Shown here one piece after another: positions 49,027 through 50,427 of a stretch of DNA of 50,427 nt. Position numbers and translations under genes: made by a program. The stretch is from an uncultured Slackia sp. (GTDB lineage Bacteria; Actinomycetota; Coriobacteriia; Coriobacteriales; Eggerthellaceae), in assembly GCA_963559755.1 (NCBI GenBank), contig CAUWMI010000019.1:1-50427 (forward strand), given 5' to 3'. How positions within the stretch are numbered: the stretch's first letter is position 1; every line of letters begins with the position of its first letter. The notes under the pieces were generated by a model. It was not told the origin of the DNA, made no database searches, and saw only the letters and a program-made list of their open reading frames with translations.

Positions 49027-50427
49027 CTACCCCCCAGAATTCTCCAACAGGGAAATCAGATCTTGGCGCGAGTGGACACCAGTCTTTGCATAGATGCGAT
49101 CCGTATGGGTCTTGATGGTGCTGTACGCCACACACAAATCATCCGCAATCGCCTGCAAGCTGCGACCGCGAGCAAGCTGCCCCAAAACCTCGGTCTCACG
49201 AGCAGAAAGCCCGTAGCGAGAGGCCACAATGGAGCATCGCTCATCGAGCATGGCATTAAACATCTCGGAAAGATTAAGCTTGGCCGCTTCCTCAATAGTA
49301 ACTTTGTTGGGCTTTGCCGCACGCTTGCCCGGCTTGCAATCGTCCTGATGATCCAAAGACAGCGCCACGCCAATACCCGGCGACATCGCGTTCTCCATGA
49401 CAATAAACAGGTACACGATGAACACCATCACGCCAACCAGCAACATGGAGGAGCTCGAACCAAAGTACATGCCCAGAAACGTTCCCGCCAGGAGGCCCAC
49501 ATTCATGCAGGATTTACCCAGGCCAAACACCAGCGGAGTGGGCGCACTCGTGTTTGCTGCCGAATCAGCCAGACTGGCCCACACGTAAATTTCCAGCAGC
49601 GTGTATCCGGACATGATGACCACCGCCGCCAGGGCCTCCTGCCCCGCAGACATGAACGGCAGCAAAAGCAGACCGGCCGCCATAAGCGGCACCACAAACT
49701 TATACGCCAGGTCTATCTTCGCCTCGCCGAACAATACAATACTAGCCACCGCCAGCACCACCAGCACGACGGCCACGCCTGAGAACATGGCCTCACCGAT
49801 ACCACCCGCAGATGCAAACGGCAGCGCCGACGTGTAGCTGCGCATGAATCCCGGAGCGAGGCAATAAATCCCGATGAAAATCGCGAAACGTACCGGCACC
49901 GCCCCGCGGATAGCGCTCAGCCGGCCCTTTTTCGGAGTGACAGCCTCATCGCAAACCTCGTATTCGCCGTGGCCAATGGTCCTGATCGCCCTCTCGGCCT
50001 CTCCGATTTCGCCGCCATGATTCATGCGACTGCTTAGATGGAAAAAGGCGACGGAAATCACCGGCAACAACATGGTGACGATAACGCCGACCAAATGAGG
50101 AAGCATGCAAATGAGCAGGTAATAGAGAACGCCTACGGCCAAAGACGCCGGAATAGTGCGCTGCTTGGCAAGAGCGGGCGGAATATCGCGGTACGCCTCG
50201 GCCCACAAAAGAAGTAGTCCTGCGGTTCCGAAGCCAGACAAGACGGCGGCAACGTACACCCACGCCACAGACAATGACGGCCCGAAGGAAAACCCGATGG
50301 TTCCCAAAACCGTCAGAGCCGCGAACAAGGGCCCAAGACGACGAAACGTACGAGGGGAGCACCAGAGCGAGAACAGCCCCAGCGCTACCATTGCGATGCC
50401 GTTTGAAAGCACGTTGAGAATCCAACT
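49027..50427 (-). CDS. Multi-transmembrane LuxR-family regulator, 5' end outside the window
   Basis: Many TM segments and LSARETEVLGQLARGR...TIKTHTDRIYAK. Confidence 0.87.
   Translation of the reverse strand, partial: SWILNVLSNGIAMVALGLFSLWCSPRTFRRLGPLFAALTVLGTIGFSFGPSLSVAWVYVAAVLSGFGTAGLLLLWAEAYRDIPPALAKQRTIPASLAVGVLYYLLICMLPHLVGVIVTMLLPVISVAFFHLSSRMNHGGEIGEAERAIRTIGHGEYEVCDEAVTPKKGRLSAIRGAVPVRFAIFIGIYCLAPGFMRSYTSALPFASAGGIGEAMFSGVAVVLVVLAVASIVLFGEAKIDLAYKFVVPLMAAGLLLLPFMSAGQEALAAVVIMSGYTLLEIYVWASLADSAANTSAPTPLVFGLGKSCMNVGLLAGTFLGMYFGSSSSMLLVGVMVFIVYLFIVMENAMSPGIGVALSLDHQDDCKPGKRAAKPNKVTIEEAAKLNLSEMFNAMLDERCSIVASRYGLSARETEVLGQLARGRSLQAIADDLCVAYSTIKTHTDRIYAKTGVHSRQDLISLLENSGG

Noticed and set aside
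1-50427. CRISPR array, prophage, IS transposase or rRNA
   Set aside because: No repeat-spacer periodicity and no phage, transposase or rRNA signature was seen.

Overview
GC-rich chromosomal window, most likely from an anaerobic gut Coriobacteriia/Eggerthellaceae organism. That is an inference from four membrane-embedded LuxR regulators, Tat-exported flavin and molybdopterin reductases and codon style. Left to right: a partial UPF0210/PFL-like gene and ACT protein, an NSS transporter, a small accessory islet with two toxin-antitoxin modules (hicAB, whose 57-aa toxin is missing from the ORF track, and hipBA) around an SGNH hydrolase, a TM-LuxR divergent from a TorD-chaperone plus PsrABC-type molybdoenzyme operon, bioY, apt, tRNA-Leu(CAA), two further TM-LuxR / Tat-flavoprotein reductase pairs, a PepV-like dipeptidase, a LytR_C lipoprotein, xpt and a nucleobase permease, a complete Pho locus (pstB-phoU-phoP-phoR and pstSCA, each unit with four PHO boxes), fhs-fchA and a folD with an in-frame TAA, a two-component system, MFS, GNAT, MATE/ABC, a short biotin ligase, pdxK and a partial fourth TM-LuxR. 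No integrase, transposase, prophage, CRISPR or rRNA was seen. The most novel-looking signals are non-coding: a ~175-nt leader with mutually exclusive helices and a terminator before the LytR_C gene, hairpins with CCCCUCC anti-Shine-Dalgarno loops in the 3' UTRs of both flavin reductases, and a shared 17-bp TCA(C/T)C-N7-G(G/A)(T/G)GA box 22 nt from the putative -10 of two reductase promoters. All protein calls rest on motif recognition by eye; no database search was run.
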